Under the pieces are notes generated by a model, which made no database searches, was not told where the DNA came from, and was given only the letters and a program-made list of their open reading frames with translations. Both the position numbers and the translations under genes were made by a program. A stretch of DNA of 64,000 nt from Gemmatimonas sp. (GTDB lineage Bacteria; Gemmatimonadota; Gemmatimonadetes; Gemmatimonadales; Gemmatimonadaceae), in the NCBI GenBank assembly GCA_965279375.1, contig OZ257156.1, forward strand, positions 864,001-928,000. Reading direction: 5' to 3'. Positions 20,744 to 30,849 of this stretch are shown here, in pieces. Within the stretch, counting starts at the first letter, position 1, and the number at the start of each line of letters is the position of its first letter.

Positions 20744-20826
20744 CGGTTCGGAATCCTCGCCTGTACGTGGAGATGACGATGGCGTGCCTCGCGAACGCTG
20801 CTTCCTCCCGACGCGTGGCGCAACGC

Positions 20827-20861
20827 AAAACTGGCCCCGGCGATATGCTCGCCGAGGCCAG
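20827..20861 (-). terminator. Rho-independent terminator downstream of the DeaD-like helicase
   Basis: Stem ctggccccggcga / tcgccgaggccag followed by TTTT on the minus strand. Confidence 0.75.
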
Positions 20862-20905
20862 GCTGGTGCTACGTCACGATCAACTGTCTCGCGCTTGCCG
20901 GCAAA

Positions 20906-22633
20906 CTAGGCCCGGTCGCGCCGTACCAGAATGCGCCGACCCTTGATGGTCGTGCTGCGCAACGCCGTGATGATGTCCTCGGCGATCTCCTCCGGCACTT
21001 CCACGGTCGAGTAGCCATCGGCGATCTGGATCGCACCGATCACACCGGCGTCGATGCCGACTTCGTTGGCGATCGCACCCACGAGATCACCCGGACGCAG
21101 CTTCGCCTTCCGGCCAGCGCCAACCCACAGCTTGGCCACGGCCCACTCGGGCGACGCGCCCTTGGGCGCCTTGCCGCGCGGGGCACGCTCGCCACGCTCC
21201 GGAGCGCCTTCACGACGCGGACGCTCTGCACGCTCGGCACGAGCGGGCCGGTCGTCGCCGCGCGGGCGTTCCGGCTTGGGAGCGACGGTCGGGATTTCAT
21301 CCTCGTCCGTGTCTTCCCGAGCTTCCAGCAACTTCACGGCCGCCGCAGCGATGTCCATGACGTCGAACTCTTCCGCCAACGACTCGCAAATGCCGCGGAA
21401 GTGATCGAGCCCGCCGTCGAGAATCGCTTCCCGCAGCGACGCCCGCGCCAACTCCAGTCGCTTGGACTTGAGATCAGCCACCGTTGGTACGGTCGCAATC
21501 TCGATCCGCTGCGACGTCATCCGCTCGATGTTGCGCAGCAACCGATGCTCACGCGGCTCGGCCAGCGTGATCGCCACGCCCTCGCGACCCGCACGTCCCG
21601 TGCGACCGATGCGGTGCACATACGCTTCTGCATCCGCCGGCACGTCGAAGTTCACCACGTGCGACACATGCTTCACGTCGAGTCCACGGGCAGCAACGTC
21701 CGTCGCGATGAGGAGATCCGTCTTTTTTGCACGGAACTTCTGCATCACGCGATCGCGCTGATCCTGGCTCAGGCCGCCATGCAACGCGTCGGCGCGCATC
21801 CCGCGCGCAGCCAGCGTTTCCGACAGCTCGTCCACTTCAGTGCGCGTGCGGCAGAAGACAATCGCCGACGTCGGATGCTCGAGATCGAGCACGCGAGCGA
21901 GCGCGGCCATCTTGTGTGCGCGCGGCACCATGTACGCCACCTGACGGACACGCGCCGACTCACCCGCCGGCACCACTTCACGATCGATCGTGACGGTGAC
22001 TGGGTTCTGCAGCTGGCGACGTGCGATCGACACGATGCGAGACGGCAGCGTCGCTGAAAACAGCGCCGTCTGCCGAGTCTTGGGCGTCGCGGCGAGAATC
22101 GCTTCCAGATCCTCGGCGAAGCCCATGTCCAGCATTTCGTCCGCTTCGTCGAGCACGACCGTGCGCACGCTCTTGAGATTGAGCGTACCGCGGTTGATGT
22201 GATCGAGCGCGCGTCCCGGGGTCGCAATCACCACGTCGACGCCGCGCTTGAGAGCGCGGATCTGCGTGTCCATGGATGCGCCACCATATACAGGCAGCGC
22301 CTGCACGCCCAGCGGCTTGCCGTAGCGATGCACCGCTTCGGCCACCTGCATGGCGAGCTCGCGCGTGGGCACGAGAATGAGCGCGGCCGTGCGTTCGCGC
22401 GGCAGTGCGTTCGGGTTGAGTCGGCTCAGCAGTGGCAGCGAAAACGCCGCCGTCTTGCCCGTGCCGGTGGCTGCCTGCGCCAACACGTCACGTCCTTCCA
22501 GCAGCGGCGGAATGGCTGCGCGCTGAACTGGGGTGGGCTCTTCATATCCAAGCGCGGCGAGTGCCGCCACGACGCGCGGGTCCAGTCCGAGTGCCGAGAA
22601 ACCCGTCTCGGTCTCCTGCGGGGCCCCGGTCAC
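20906..22633 (-). CDS. deaD: DEAD-box RNA helicase with C-terminal DbpA RNA-binding domain (DeaD/CsdA type)
   Basis: Q motif, ATGTGKT, PTRELA, DEAD, SAT, HRIGRTGR, DbpA-like C-terminus. Confidence 0.9.
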   Translation of the reverse strand: MTGAPQETETGFSALGLDPRVVAALAALGYEEPTPVQRAAIPPLLEGRDVLAQAATGTGKTAAFSLPLLSRLNPNALPRERTAALILVPTRELAMQVAEAVHRYGKPLGVQALPVYGGASMDTQIRALKRGVDVVIATPGRALDHINRGTLNLKSVRTVVLDEADEMLDMGFAEDLEAILAATPKTRQTALFSATLPSRIVSIARRQLQNPVTVTIDREVVPAGESARVRQVAYMVPRAHKMAALARVLDLEHPTSAIVFCRTRTEVDELSETLAARGMRADALHGGLSQDQRDRVMQKFRAKKTDLLIATDVAARGLDVKHVSHVVNFDVPADAEAYVHRIGRTGRAGREGVAITLAEPREHRLLRNIERMTSQRIEIATVPTVADLKSKRLELARASLREAILDGGLDHFRGICESLAEEFDVMDIAAAAVKLLEAREDTDEDEIPTVAPKPERPRGDDRPARAERAERPRREGAPERGERAPRGKAPKGASPEWAVAKLWVGAGRKAKLRPGDLVGAIANEVGIDAGVIGAIQIADGYSTVEVPEEIAEDIITALRSTTIKGRRILVRRDRA

Positions 22634-23067
22634 GTCACCTGGAGCAATTCGTCCATCAACGTGAAGACCGCCGCACGGGACACGGGATTCTTCATCGCGC
22701 CGAAGCCGATCGCCAAGCGATCGTTCTCTTCAAGTACTTCGCGCGAGCACGCGTTGATCGCTTCACGAGCGGTCTGCAGCGCTTCGTCCGGCAACACCGA
22801 CGACGCACGCGGAAGCAACTCGATCTTTGGGCCACTGCCGCGCATGGGGCGCGCCGCCCAGAACACCATGTTCGAACCGATACGCTGGAAGCTCACCACT
22901 CCCTTCGCTGATTCATCATCCCGGAATCGCAGCAACTCCGGTCGGGCCAGGCTCCACTCGATCATGGCGTCGAGTACAGCGGTATAGCGTGGCCGATCGG
23001 ATCCTGCAGTATCCCGGTTCATCGCGGTGATGAACGCGTCTCGGGCCGTGGGCAACGTACGGGTCAT
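22630..23067 (-). CDS. Hypothetical protein translationally coupled to deaD
   Basis: AGGAGG-like RBS; GTGA overlap with deaD. Confidence 0.7.
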   Translation of the reverse strand: MTRTLPTARDAFITAMNRDTAGSDRPRYTAVLDAMIEWSLARPELLRFRDDESAKGVVSFQRIGSNMVFWAARPMRGSGPKIELLPRASSVLPDEALQTAREAINACSREVLEENDRLAIGFGAMKNPVSRAAVFTLMDELLQVT

Positions 23068-23160
23068 GAACTCCTCCTTTTCTTGAATATAGCCGGTTCC
23101 GAGGCACGAAGCGCCCGAACGTATCCCGTCGGTCCGCTCGCGACGGCATATCTTTCGCTC

Positions 23161-23622
23161 ATGTCCGACGAAACGAGCCCGCTTCCATTCGAAATCCGGC
23201 CTTCGCCCATTCAGGGTGCCGGCGCCTATGCCACCAGCGTGATACCGGCGGGCACGCGCCTCATCGAATACACCGGTGAACGCCTGACGCCGGCCGCGGC
23301 CGAGGCCCGCTATCCCGACTCAGCGAACGAGCGGCACCATACGTATCTCTTCGCCATCGATGATGAAGTCGTCGTCGATGCCGCGGTGAATGGCAACGAG
23401 GCGCGGTTTCTCAACCATTCGTGTGCGCCCAACTGCGATGCGGTGATCGAGGACGGTCGTATCTGGCTCGAAACGATTCACGACATCGAGGTCGGCGAGG
23501 AACTGGTGTACGACTACGCCTACGTCCTCGCGGAGCGGCACACGCCAGCCGCGAAGAAGCGCTACCCGTGCCGTTGCGGTGCCATCACCTGTCGCGGCAC
23601 TATTCTCGCGAAGAAGCGGTAA
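23161..23622 (+). CDS. SET domain protein-lysine methyltransferase
   Basis: RFLNHSCAPNC, GEELVYDY, post-SET CRCGAITCRG. Confidence 0.95.
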   Translation: MSDETSPLPFEIRPSPIQGAGAYATSVIPAGTRLIEYTGERLTPAAAEARYPDSANERHHTYLFAIDDEVVVDAAVNGNEARFLNHSCAPNCDAVIEDGRIWLETIHDIEVGEELVYDYAYVLAERHTPAAKKRYPCRCGAITCRGTILAKKR

Positions 23623-23657
23623 GCAGCACCGAGTCGGTCAACCTTGTTGGAGGTCCT

Positions 23658-24212
23658 ATGCGGCTGTTGGTCTCGGCGTTTTCGCTGATCGTGGTCAGTT
23701 CAGCGTTCGGCAGCACCCTCTCGGCGCAGGTGGCGCGACCGCGCCCCAGCCCGTTCCTGCAGGACTCCATCCGCACGGCCACCATCGCGGAAGTGATGAA
23801 GTCCATCGCCGGACGCGAAAACGAGCCCGCAGGCAAGGTCTTCAAGAACGTCCTGCTGCATAAGGACATGCCCGCCAAGGACTTCCTCAAGAAGATGGAC
23901 GAGGAATACGGTCGCGGCGTCGGCTCGGTGTGCAGCAACTGCCATGTCCCGGGCGAGTGGGACAAGGACGACAAGAAGAACAAGACGATCACGCGCGACA
24001 TGGAAAAGATGACGCGCGTCATCAACGAAGCGCACCTCGCCAAGCAGAAGGATCTCGACGAGGACTACCCCAAGGCCACGTGCGTCCTCTGCCACCGCGG
24101 CACGCTGCACCCGCCCAACACGCTCCCCAAGCCGACGCGTGACACGCCGCCGGCTGAGCAGCGCGGTCGTCCCACGCCACCGCCTCCCGGCGCGCCGACT
24201 TCGTATCGCTGA
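23658..24212 (+). CDS. Diheme c-type cytochrome (reaction-centre cytochrome c family-like)
   Basis: Signal peptide; CSNCH and CVLCH; VFKNV..L and K..TRDM..MTR.IN pattern. Confidence 0.8.
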   Translation: MRLLVSAFSLIVVSSAFGSTLSAQVARPRPSPFLQDSIRTATIAEVMKSIAGRENEPAGKVFKNVLLHKDMPAKDFLKKMDEEYGRGVGSVCSNCHVPGEWDKDDKKNKTITRDMEKMTRVINEAHLAKQKDLDEDYPKATCVLCHRGTLHPPNTLPKPTRDTPPAEQRGRPTPPPPGAPTSYR

Positions 24213-24256
24213 ACCAACCGCTCCTCACGGCTGCGCGACGCAGCCGCTGAACGCGA

Positions 24257-24292
24257 AACGGGCGCCCTCTCATCGGGGCGCCCGTTCTGTTT
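24257..24292. terminator. Hairpin between convergent genes, probably a bidirectional terminator
   Basis: Perfect 11-bp stem aacgggcgccc / gggcgcccgtt followed by ctgttt. Confidence 0.7.
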
Positions 24293-24310
24293 CCGCTGCC
24301 ACCGCGAGCG

Positions 24311-25363
24311 TCAGCGCACGTTCACGATCACAGTACGCACCGCGTTGTTGCCGTAGCCCAACCGGTTCCACTCGATCGCGTCGGGTTGGCTGGCACCGGA
24401 CGCGTCGGTCGCACGGCAGCGCAGCGTGACGCGACGCTCCCCAGGCAGTACGACCGCGCACTCCCACGGTGTCCACGCATGCGCCGACACCGGCGCACCG
24501 ACCACACCCTCGCACCAGCGGTCGCCGCCATCCACGCCGACCTCGACCCGCGTGATGGCGCCGTACCCCGACCACGCCCATCCGCGTACGATCACCTCGC
24601 GGTCACAGCCAGAACCGTCCGCGGGAGTCGTGATGATCGACTTCACACGCATGCGGTCCACCGGCGTGATCTCGCCGGCCACATCGTACACATAGCGCTG
24701 TCGCTGGAAATAGCCACCGAATGGAGCGCGGATCGCCTCGATCGCACGCACCCACTTCACGCTGGCCATCCCGTACCAGCCGGGGACGACGAGTCGCACC
24801 GGGGCACCGTGCATGGGCGAGAGCGGTGCGCCGTTCATGCCGAGTGCGAGGAGTGTGTCCGGATGCAGCGCCTCATGGACCGGCATCGAGCGCGCGAAGG
24901 TGACGGGTCCGTCCGCATCCTCGCGCGGTCCGTGGTCGGCGGCACTCACGACCAGCTCGACCGCATCGTCGGCGACGCGCGCACGCTCCAGCAACAGCCG
25001 CAATGGCACACCTGTCCAGGTCGCCGTACTGACCGCGCCGCGCTTCCACGGCTCACCCTCGGGCAACGGGTGCATACCTAGCCGATCGTTGCCGGCGCAC
25101 TCCATGGTCACCGTCACCGTGTGCTGCGGGAGCGCGCGCAGTTCGGCGACGCCGAGCGTGAACGGCGCGTGCATGGCGCCACCGATGGCGATGATGTGCG
25201 AGTCATCGAGGGACGGCACGGCGAAGTTGGTGCGCACGTAGACGTTCGCCGACGACGTGACCGGGACTACGAGTGCGGGATCGGGCGTTTCGGCGTTGAA
25301 CGGGAACTGGCGAATGACCTCGAGCGCGGGCTCCACGGCGCGCGTCGTGCCGCCGTCATTCAC
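24311..25363 (-). CDS. Sulfite oxidase family molybdoenzyme
   Basis: PFNAETP, ECAGN, HGAPVRLVVPGWYGMASVKW; GTGA overlap with the upstream gene. Confidence 0.9.
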   Translation of the reverse strand: MNDGGTTRAVEPALEVIRQFPFNAETPDPALVVPVTSSANVYVRTNFAVPSLDDSHIIAIGGAMHAPFTLGVAELRALPQHTVTVTMECAGNDRLGMHPLPEGEPWKRGAVSTATWTGVPLRLLLERARVADDAVELVVSAADHGPREDADGPVTFARSMPVHEALHPDTLLALGMNGAPLSPMHGAPVRLVVPGWYGMASVKWVRAIEAIRAPFGGYFQRQRYVYDVAGEITPVDRMRVKSIITTPADGSGCDREVIVRGWAWSGYGAITRVEVGVDGGDRWCEGVVGAPVSAHAWTPWECAVVLPGERRVTLRCRATDASGASQPDAIEWNRLGYGNNAVRTVIVNVR

Positions 25364-26547
25364 TGCGGCTCCCGAGCGGGGCGCGCGAAGGCGCTCGGCA
25401 GTGAATCCCACGGATTCGCTCCCTGCGCCTTCGCAAAACCAAACTCGTCGAGGCGCTGCATGAAGCCTCTATCGAACAGCTTGTCGCCGCCGGGTTCGAG
25501 CGCCAGCCACGCCGGCGGCAGTGCCACCTTCACATCCACGCGCAGCCCCGGCACCAACGCACTCACGGCGCGTGAGAGGTCAGTCAGCGCGGTCAACGAC
25601 TGCGGCTGATGCGAATAGAAGAGCATCGCCGTCGATCGCGAGCTCATCGCGCCGCGACGTGACGCCGGAATCACTCTTGATTCCGGATGCGACCAGAGGT
25701 TCATCACCACCCAGATGCGCACGGTGACGTCGCGCATCCCCTTCGCCGCCAGCCGATCTGCGAGCAGGCGATAGTCGTCGAAGGTGAGCACCGGCAGGAT
25801 GTTGGCGATCACGCCGCCGTCCGCGTGCACATGCCCGTCGATGACGACCGGAGGGAAGATACCGGGAATCGCCGTCGCCGCCTTGAGCAGCATGCGCGTG
25901 CGCTGCAGCGACACTTCCGTGGTGTCGAGCGCCTCGGTCATCGCCCACGTGCGACCGATCCCCAGATCGAAGTCGGCCGTGCCGAACAGCAGCTGCCGAT
26001 CTTCCTTCAGCGCCGCCCGCACCTGCGCACCGAACTGCCCGTCGATGGTCTTCTCCAACGTACGGTCGTAGCGCGCGGTGTTGACCAACCCGCCGGTGCG
26101 ACGGAAGAGAAAGAGCCAATCGATGGACGGCGCGATCTCTTCGGCAGCACGCGCGTACGTGGCGGAAATGCTGTCGATCGCGGCCTGTGTACCCAGCAAC
26201 GCATACGGCGCCTGCAGCGCGCCGGTACTGATCCCCGTGACCATGTCGAAGCGCGGCATCGGTGCATCGGCACGCGTGCGCCAGCCACGCAGAAAGCCCA
26301 CGCCGAACGCGCCGTTCTGCCCGCCGCCCGAGAGCATGAGCACATCCAGCGTCCGATCACCACGCGCCTGTGCCCGTCGCACCAGGCGCTCGATGACGGT
26401 GTCCCGCGCGGCGCGTTCCGCGCTGCGCGCGCTGACCGCGTCGGCTTCGAGCTGTGGCAGCGTCGTCTGTGGCCGCCGATTGACTGCGCAGGCTGAGAGG
26501 TTCGTGGCCGCAGCGAGTGCGAGAATTGAAAGAGCGCAGGGACGCAT
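25360..26547 (-). CDS. Patatin-like phospholipase, lipoprotein
   Basis: LSGGGQNGAFG, GISTG, DGG; lipobox LSAC. Confidence 0.9.
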   Translation of the reverse strand: MRPCALSILALAAATNLSACAVNRRPQTTLPQLEADAVSARSAERAARDTVIERLVRRAQARGDRTLDVLMLSGGGQNGAFGVGFLRGWRTRADAPMPRFDMVTGISTGALQAPYALLGTQAAIDSISATYARAAEEIAPSIDWLFLFRRTGGLVNTARYDRTLEKTIDGQFGAQVRAALKEDRQLLFGTADFDLGIGRTWAMTEALDTTEVSLQRTRMLLKAATAIPGIFPPVVIDGHVHADGGVIANILPVLTFDDYRLLADRLAAKGMRDVTVRIWVVMNLWSHPESRVIPASRRGAMSSRSTAMLFYSHQPQSLTALTDLSRAVSALVPGLRVDVKVALPPAWLALEPGGDKLFDRGFMQRLDEFGFAKAQGANPWDSLPSAFARPAREPQ

Positions 26548-26586
26548 TGTCTCGAAGAATCGGGCGCGAACGCCGCGGGATGTGGT

Positions 26587-26961
26587 TCAGCGCGGCTTCT
26601 TGGCGCGCGTCGATGATGCCTTCGCCCGACGCGCCTTGGCCCGACGGGCGACGGCCACGGCACGTGTCCCCCACGTGCGCAACGCGTCCTGATCTTCGAT
26701 CAGTTCGGCGGACACCTCGTAGTACTGCATCGATTCGCCACCGTCACCGAACGGACGCCAAGGCCCCATGCCGATCGCCTGGAAATCCCCGCGCGTCTCG
26801 TCGTCGACCTTGAAGAACAACGTGTCGTTGTCCATCAGCGCGAAGAAGAACGTACCGCTATAGACGCCGACGCCGCCGAACATGCTGCGGGAACGCACCT
26901 CCGGGAGCGCACGCGCCAACTGCTCGAGCACGAACGCCTTGTAACTCTCACTGACTGCCAT
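26587..26961 (-). CDS. TfoX/Sxy N-terminal domain protein
   Basis: RSMFGGVGVY..FFAL..LFFKVD..MQYY. Confidence 0.9.
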   Translation of the reverse strand: MAVSESYKAFVLEQLARALPEVRSRSMFGGVGVYSGTFFFALMDNDTLFFKVDDETRGDFQAIGMGPWRPFGDGGESMQYYEVSAELIEDQDALRTWGTRAVAVARRAKARRAKASSTRAKKPR

Positions 26962-27000
26962 GGTCTCCTCCTGCTGCCGAACTGCGTTCCGACGAACGTG

Positions 27001-27432
27001 CTACTTGCCCTGCACCGCGATGCATTCGATCTCCATGCGCGCGTCGCGTGCGAGTCCGCTCGCGCCGAGTGCGCTGCGCGCCGGCTTGTGCGTGGGGAAG
27101 AAGGTCGCGTACACCACATTCATCGCCGGCCACTCCTTCATGTCCGCCATGAAGACCGTGCACTTCACCACGCGATCCATCGTGGAGCCGTTGGCCTCGA
27201 CCACCTTCTTGATGTTGAGCAACGTCTGCCTGGTTTCCGCCTCGACGCCGCCCTTGACCAGATTGCCCGTGCTGTCCGTACCGATCTGGCCGGAAAGATA
27301 GAGCATCTTGCCAACGCGCACCGCAGGAGAAAACGGCCCCAGCGCCGGTCCCGGTGGCGCAATGAACTCCGGCGTCGTGGAGGCGCAGGCACCGAGTGTG
27401 ACGCAGGCGAGCAGGAGAGGGATCAGACGCAT
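27001..27432 (-). CDS. RidA/YjgF family protein with lipoprotein signal
   Basis: LGAC lipobox; YLSGQIG, MNVVY, PARS, MEIECIA. Confidence 0.9.
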   Translation of the reverse strand: MRLIPLLLACVTLGACASTTPEFIAPPGPALGPFSPAVRVGKMLYLSGQIGTDSTGNLVKGGVEAETRQTLLNIKKVVEANGSTMDRVVKCTVFMADMKEWPAMNVVYATFFPTHKPARSALGASGLARDARMEIECIAVQGK

Positions 27433-27484
27433 GACGCAGCGACTCCTTGAAAGTTCCGGCTGACGAACACGTTGTGCGAGCGCA

Positions 27485-28030
27485 TCACGCCGGTTGCAGC
27501 GGCCATTGCTCGATGGTGCCACTCAGCGTGACACCGCCGTGCACGAGATAGACTGTACCATCGGTCACGGACAATTCCAGTGACATGCGACGATCGAGCC
27601 GAGCGACAAGGGAATCGATCAAGTCACGGTCGACCGCGAAGAGCCCGATCGACTCTGCCTTGTGGATGCGCTCGCCGGCCACTTGCCGCTGCAGCGACGC
27701 GGGATCCTTGTGCGTGTAGATCGCGACGCGCGGCGACGCCTTGCTGGCTTTATGCAACCGTGCAGCATCGGGCGCGCCGATTTCGATCCACACCTTGAGC
27801 GCTCCGGTGAGATCACGCACGGCGATCGGGGGTTCGTCCGGATCGGAGATACCGCGTGAGAACGCGATGCCCTCCTGATATTCAAGGCAGTACGCCAGCA
27901 GCCGCGTGACGAAGTACTCCGCCGACTCGGACGGGTGCATCGGCACGCGCAGCTGCAGCGTTTCGTACACTCCGCGATCCACATGCGCGAGCTGGATCTC
28001 GAAGACATACATCGTGGACGTGAGCGCCAT
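27485..28030 (-). CDS. yaeQ: YaeQ family protein
   Basis: MAL..T, HPSES, RLLAY, FSRGIS.PDEP, WIEIG.PD. Confidence 0.9.
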   Translation of the reverse strand: MALTSTMYVFEIQLAHVDRGVYETLQLRVPMHPSESAEYFVTRLLAYCLEYQEGIAFSRGISDPDEPPIAVRDLTGALKVWIEIGAPDAARLHKASKASPRVAIYTHKDPASLQRQVAGERIHKAESIGLFAVDRDLIDSLVARLDRRMSLELSVTDGTVYLVHGGVTLSGTIEQWPLQPA

Positions 28031-28032
28031 GC

Positions 28033-28956
28033 TTACTTGACGAACGTCATCCAGCCAAACGTGTCCTCGGCGCGACCATGGACGATGTCGAGGAACGCCT
28101 TCTGCATCTTGAGCGTGATCGGTCCCGGCTTGCCCGCGCCGATCTTGATGCGATCGATGCTGCGCACCGGCGTGAGTTCGACGGCCGTGCCCGTGAAGAA
28201 CACTTCGTCGGCGGTGTAGAGCATCTCGCGCGGAATCATCTGCTCGCGGAACGGAATGCCTTCGCGCGCCGCGAGTGCAATGATCGTGGACCGCGTGATG
28301 CCGCTCAGCAGCGTGCCATCGAGTGGCGTGGTGATGAGCGTGCCGTCCTGCACCAGGAACACGTTCTGTCCGGCGCCTTCGCTCACCATGCCGCCCGGTC
28401 CAAGGGCAATGCCTTCAGCGTAGCCATTGGCCATCGCTTCGGTCTTGATCAGCTGTCCGCTCAGATAGTTGCCGGCAATCTTGGCCAGCGACGGAACAGT
28501 ATTCGGCGCCATGCGATGCCAGCTCGACACGCACGCATCCACGCCAGCCGCGAGTGCATCGGGGCCGAGGTAGGCGCCCCACGGCCACACCGGCACGTAC
28601 ACCTCGATGGGACTATCGAACGGCGCCATGCCCATCGCGCCGAGTCCGCGCACTACCATGGGTCGGATGTAGCAGAACTTCACTTCGTTCTTCACCACGG
28701 TGGCACGACAGGCGTCGATCAGCTCGTCCATCGTGTACGGAATTTCCGTGCGATAGATGTGGCACGAGTGATAGAGGCGCTGCAGATGTTCGCGCAGACG
28801 GAAGATCGCGCTGCCCTTCGGCGTGTCGTAGCAGCGAATCCCCTCGAACGCTGCCGATCCGAACTGCACGGCGTGACTGAGGATGTGCACGTTCGCCTCG
28901 GCCCAGGGCACGAAGTTGCCGTTCTTCCAGATCCAGTTCGTTTCGGGGATAGCCAT
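28033..28956 (-). CDS. ilvE: Branched-chain amino acid aminotransferase
   Basis: FEGIRCY, AKIAGNY, SEGAGQN, LSGITR, EVFFTGTA. Confidence 0.95.
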   Translation of the reverse strand: MAIPETNWIWKNGNFVPWAEANVHILSHAVQFGSAAFEGIRCYDTPKGSAIFRLREHLQRLYHSCHIYRTEIPYTMDELIDACRATVVKNEVKFCYIRPMVVRGLGAMGMAPFDSPIEVYVPVWPWGAYLGPDALAAGVDACVSSWHRMAPNTVPSLAKIAGNYLSGQLIKTEAMANGYAEGIALGPGGMVSEGAGQNVFLVQDGTLITTPLDGTLLSGITRSTIIALAAREGIPFREQMIPREMLYTADEVFFTGTAVELTPVRSIDRIKIGAGKPGPITLKMQKAFLDIVHGRAEDTFGWMTFVK

Positions 28957-28982
28957 CGGATGCCTGTGTGTGTGTGAAGAGA

Positions 28983-29771
28983 CTAGAGCAGCGTGGCGAC
29001 TTCGCCACCATCAACGCAGATCGATTGCCCGGTGATGAAGCCCGCGCGATCGGAGGACAGAAACGCAATCGTTGCCGCCAGCTCTTCCGGGCGACCGAGT
29101 CGCTTGACCGGAATGTTGGCGCGCCAGCCTTCGTAGACGACGTCTTTCGTCGCGCCGGTACGCGCCGTCGTGGCCGCAGCGAGTGCGCCGAGGCGTTCGG
29201 TGTCCGTCATGCCGGGCATGACCGTGTTGACCGTCACGCCGTCAACACCGACATCTGTGGCGAGCGTACGCAGATAGCCGGTGACTGCGGCACGCAGGCT
29301 GTTGCTCAGCACGAGGGCATTGACCGGATACTTGACCGCCTTGGAGGTGATCGCGACGACGCGTCCCCATTTGCGTTCGCGCATTCCCGGCACGAAGGCG
29401 CGCGTCAGCTCAACGACGCTGCGGAGCAGCAGATGCGTCGCCTGCTCCCACGCGGCCCACGCGTGTTCCATGGGCGCGCCGGTTGGTGGGCCACCCGTGT
29501 TGGTGATGAGAATGTCCACGTGACCGTAGTGCGCGTTCACGCCATCGATGACGGCGGTGATGCCTTCCATCGTGCTCAAGTCGGCAACGATCTGCAGCAC
29601 CGGCACGCCGTGCGCTTCGAGGCGCTTGGCTGCATCGGCCAACGAGGCGGCATCGCGCGAGCAGATCGCGAGCTGCGCACCTTCCTTGGCAAACTCTTCG
29701 GCGGTGGCGTAAGCGATGCCTTTGCTGGCACCGCACACCAACGCGACTTTGCCGCGTATACCTAGGTCCAT
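28983..29771 (-). CDS. SDR family oxidoreductase
   Basis: GASKGIA, NTGGP, SNSLR, ITGQSICVDGG. Confidence 0.9.
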   Translation of the reverse strand: MDLGIRGKVALVCGASKGIAYATAEEFAKEGAQLAICSRDAASLADAAKRLEAHGVPVLQIVADLSTMEGITAVIDGVNAHYGHVDILITNTGGPPTGAPMEHAWAAWEQATHLLLRSVVELTRAFVPGMRERKWGRVVAITSKAVKYPVNALVLSNSLRAAVTGYLRTLATDVGVDGVTVNTVMPGMTDTERLGALAAATTARTGATKDVVYEGWRANIPVKRLGRPEELAATIAFLSSDRAGFITGQSICVDGGEVATLL

Positions 29772-30167
29772 CTACTTGGCCCCGCGCAGATAGCCGTCGT
29801 CCTTGTCGATCCAGTCCTGGCGCGGCGGATTGAAGACGTCCACGTCGAGGGTGTCTTCGAGAGCTTCGGCGCGGTGACGCAGGTTGGGCGGAATCACCAG
29901 CACTTCGCCTGCGCCGATATCGGTGTAGACGTCGCCCGGCGCGTCAGCGTGCGCACCCAGCCAGAAGCGCAGCACACCGGAGATGACGTAGGTGAACTGC
30001 TCGTTGTGATGATCGTGCGCCGGCACGATCGCGCCCTTCTTGAGATAGACATGGGCGAGCATCATGCGCTCGCTCCAGATCAACCGACGACCGATGAGTG
30101 GATTCATCTCTTCGATCGGCATGGCATCCCATGTGAACTTGCGCGGATCAGCTATCGGATCGGACAT
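29772..30167 (-). CDS. Cupin domain protein
   Basis: HDHHNEQ, IPPNLRH, DVFNPPRQDW. Confidence 0.9.
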   Translation of the reverse strand: MSDPIADPRKFTWDAMPIEEMNPLIGRRLIWSERMMLAHVYLKKGAIVPAHDHHNEQFTYVISGVLRFWLGAHADAPGDVYTDIGAGEVLVIPPNLRHRAEALEDTLDVDVFNPPRQDWIDKDDGYLRGAK

Positions 30168-30213
30168 CGGAGCCTGTCGTGGTGAGCGTGGAGTGACGAA
30201 ACCTGACCAAGCG

Positions 30214-30849
30214 TCAGGTGCCTTCGACGTAGACCGCTTGCTGTACGTAGCGTCGTTCCTGAATCTCCTGCAGCAGGAAGGCCGCCAATGATGCACGACT
30301 CATGCGACTGCGCAGTCCCACCGCCAGATCGGTCGCGGCGCGGGCGGGCGTCACCTCGGAACTCTCGGTCAGGCGCGGCGGCTTGACCAGCGTCCAATCG
30401 AGCTTGCTGCCGCGCACCACGCGCTCCTGCGCAGCGCGGTCTTCCGCTTGTTCGTCGTCGCCGATGCGTCGAATCGCGAACTCCAGCGTGCGCATCGGAA
30501 TCGAGATGTTGCCGGCCGACTCGCCGATCATCGCGCCCGTCAGCACCAGCAAGCGGCGCTGCCCCTGCGCCTGCATCCCTTCGATGATCGCCTTGGTCGA
30601 CTTGGACGTGAACACATGACGTGCCTTGGGGCGCGGACCAAAGAGCACGACCACGGCCTCCGCACCACGCAGCACCTCGCGCACCGCCGTCGGGTCGGTA
30701 AGGGCGCCAACCACCACCGTCGCCAACGGAGGCGCATCATCTTCGGGCGCCGATCGATAGTGCAGACGAAGCGCGTGTCCAGCAGCACTGGCCGCCGTGA
30801 TGAAGGCGCGACCGGCACGTCCGGAGGCACCGAAAACCGATATGATCAT
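30214..30849 (-). CDS. NAD(P)H-binding oxidoreductase (biliverdin reductase B-like)
   Basis: VFGASGRAG, LDWTLVKPPRL. Confidence 0.85.
   Translation of the reverse strand: MIISVFGASGRAGRAFITAASAAGHALRLHYRSAPEDDAPPLATVVVGALTDPTAVREVLRGAEAVVVLFGPRPKARHVFTSKSTKAIIEGMQAQGQRRLLVLTGAMIGESAGNISIPMRTLEFAIRRIGDDEQAEDRAAQERVVRGSKLDWTLVKPPRLTESSEVTPARAATDLAVGLRSRMSRASLAAFLLQEIQERRYVQQAVYVEGT

Noticed and set aside
23658..24212. Evidence of photosynthesis from the PufC-like cytochrome
   Set aside because: Only two haem motifs, and no puf/bch genes in the window
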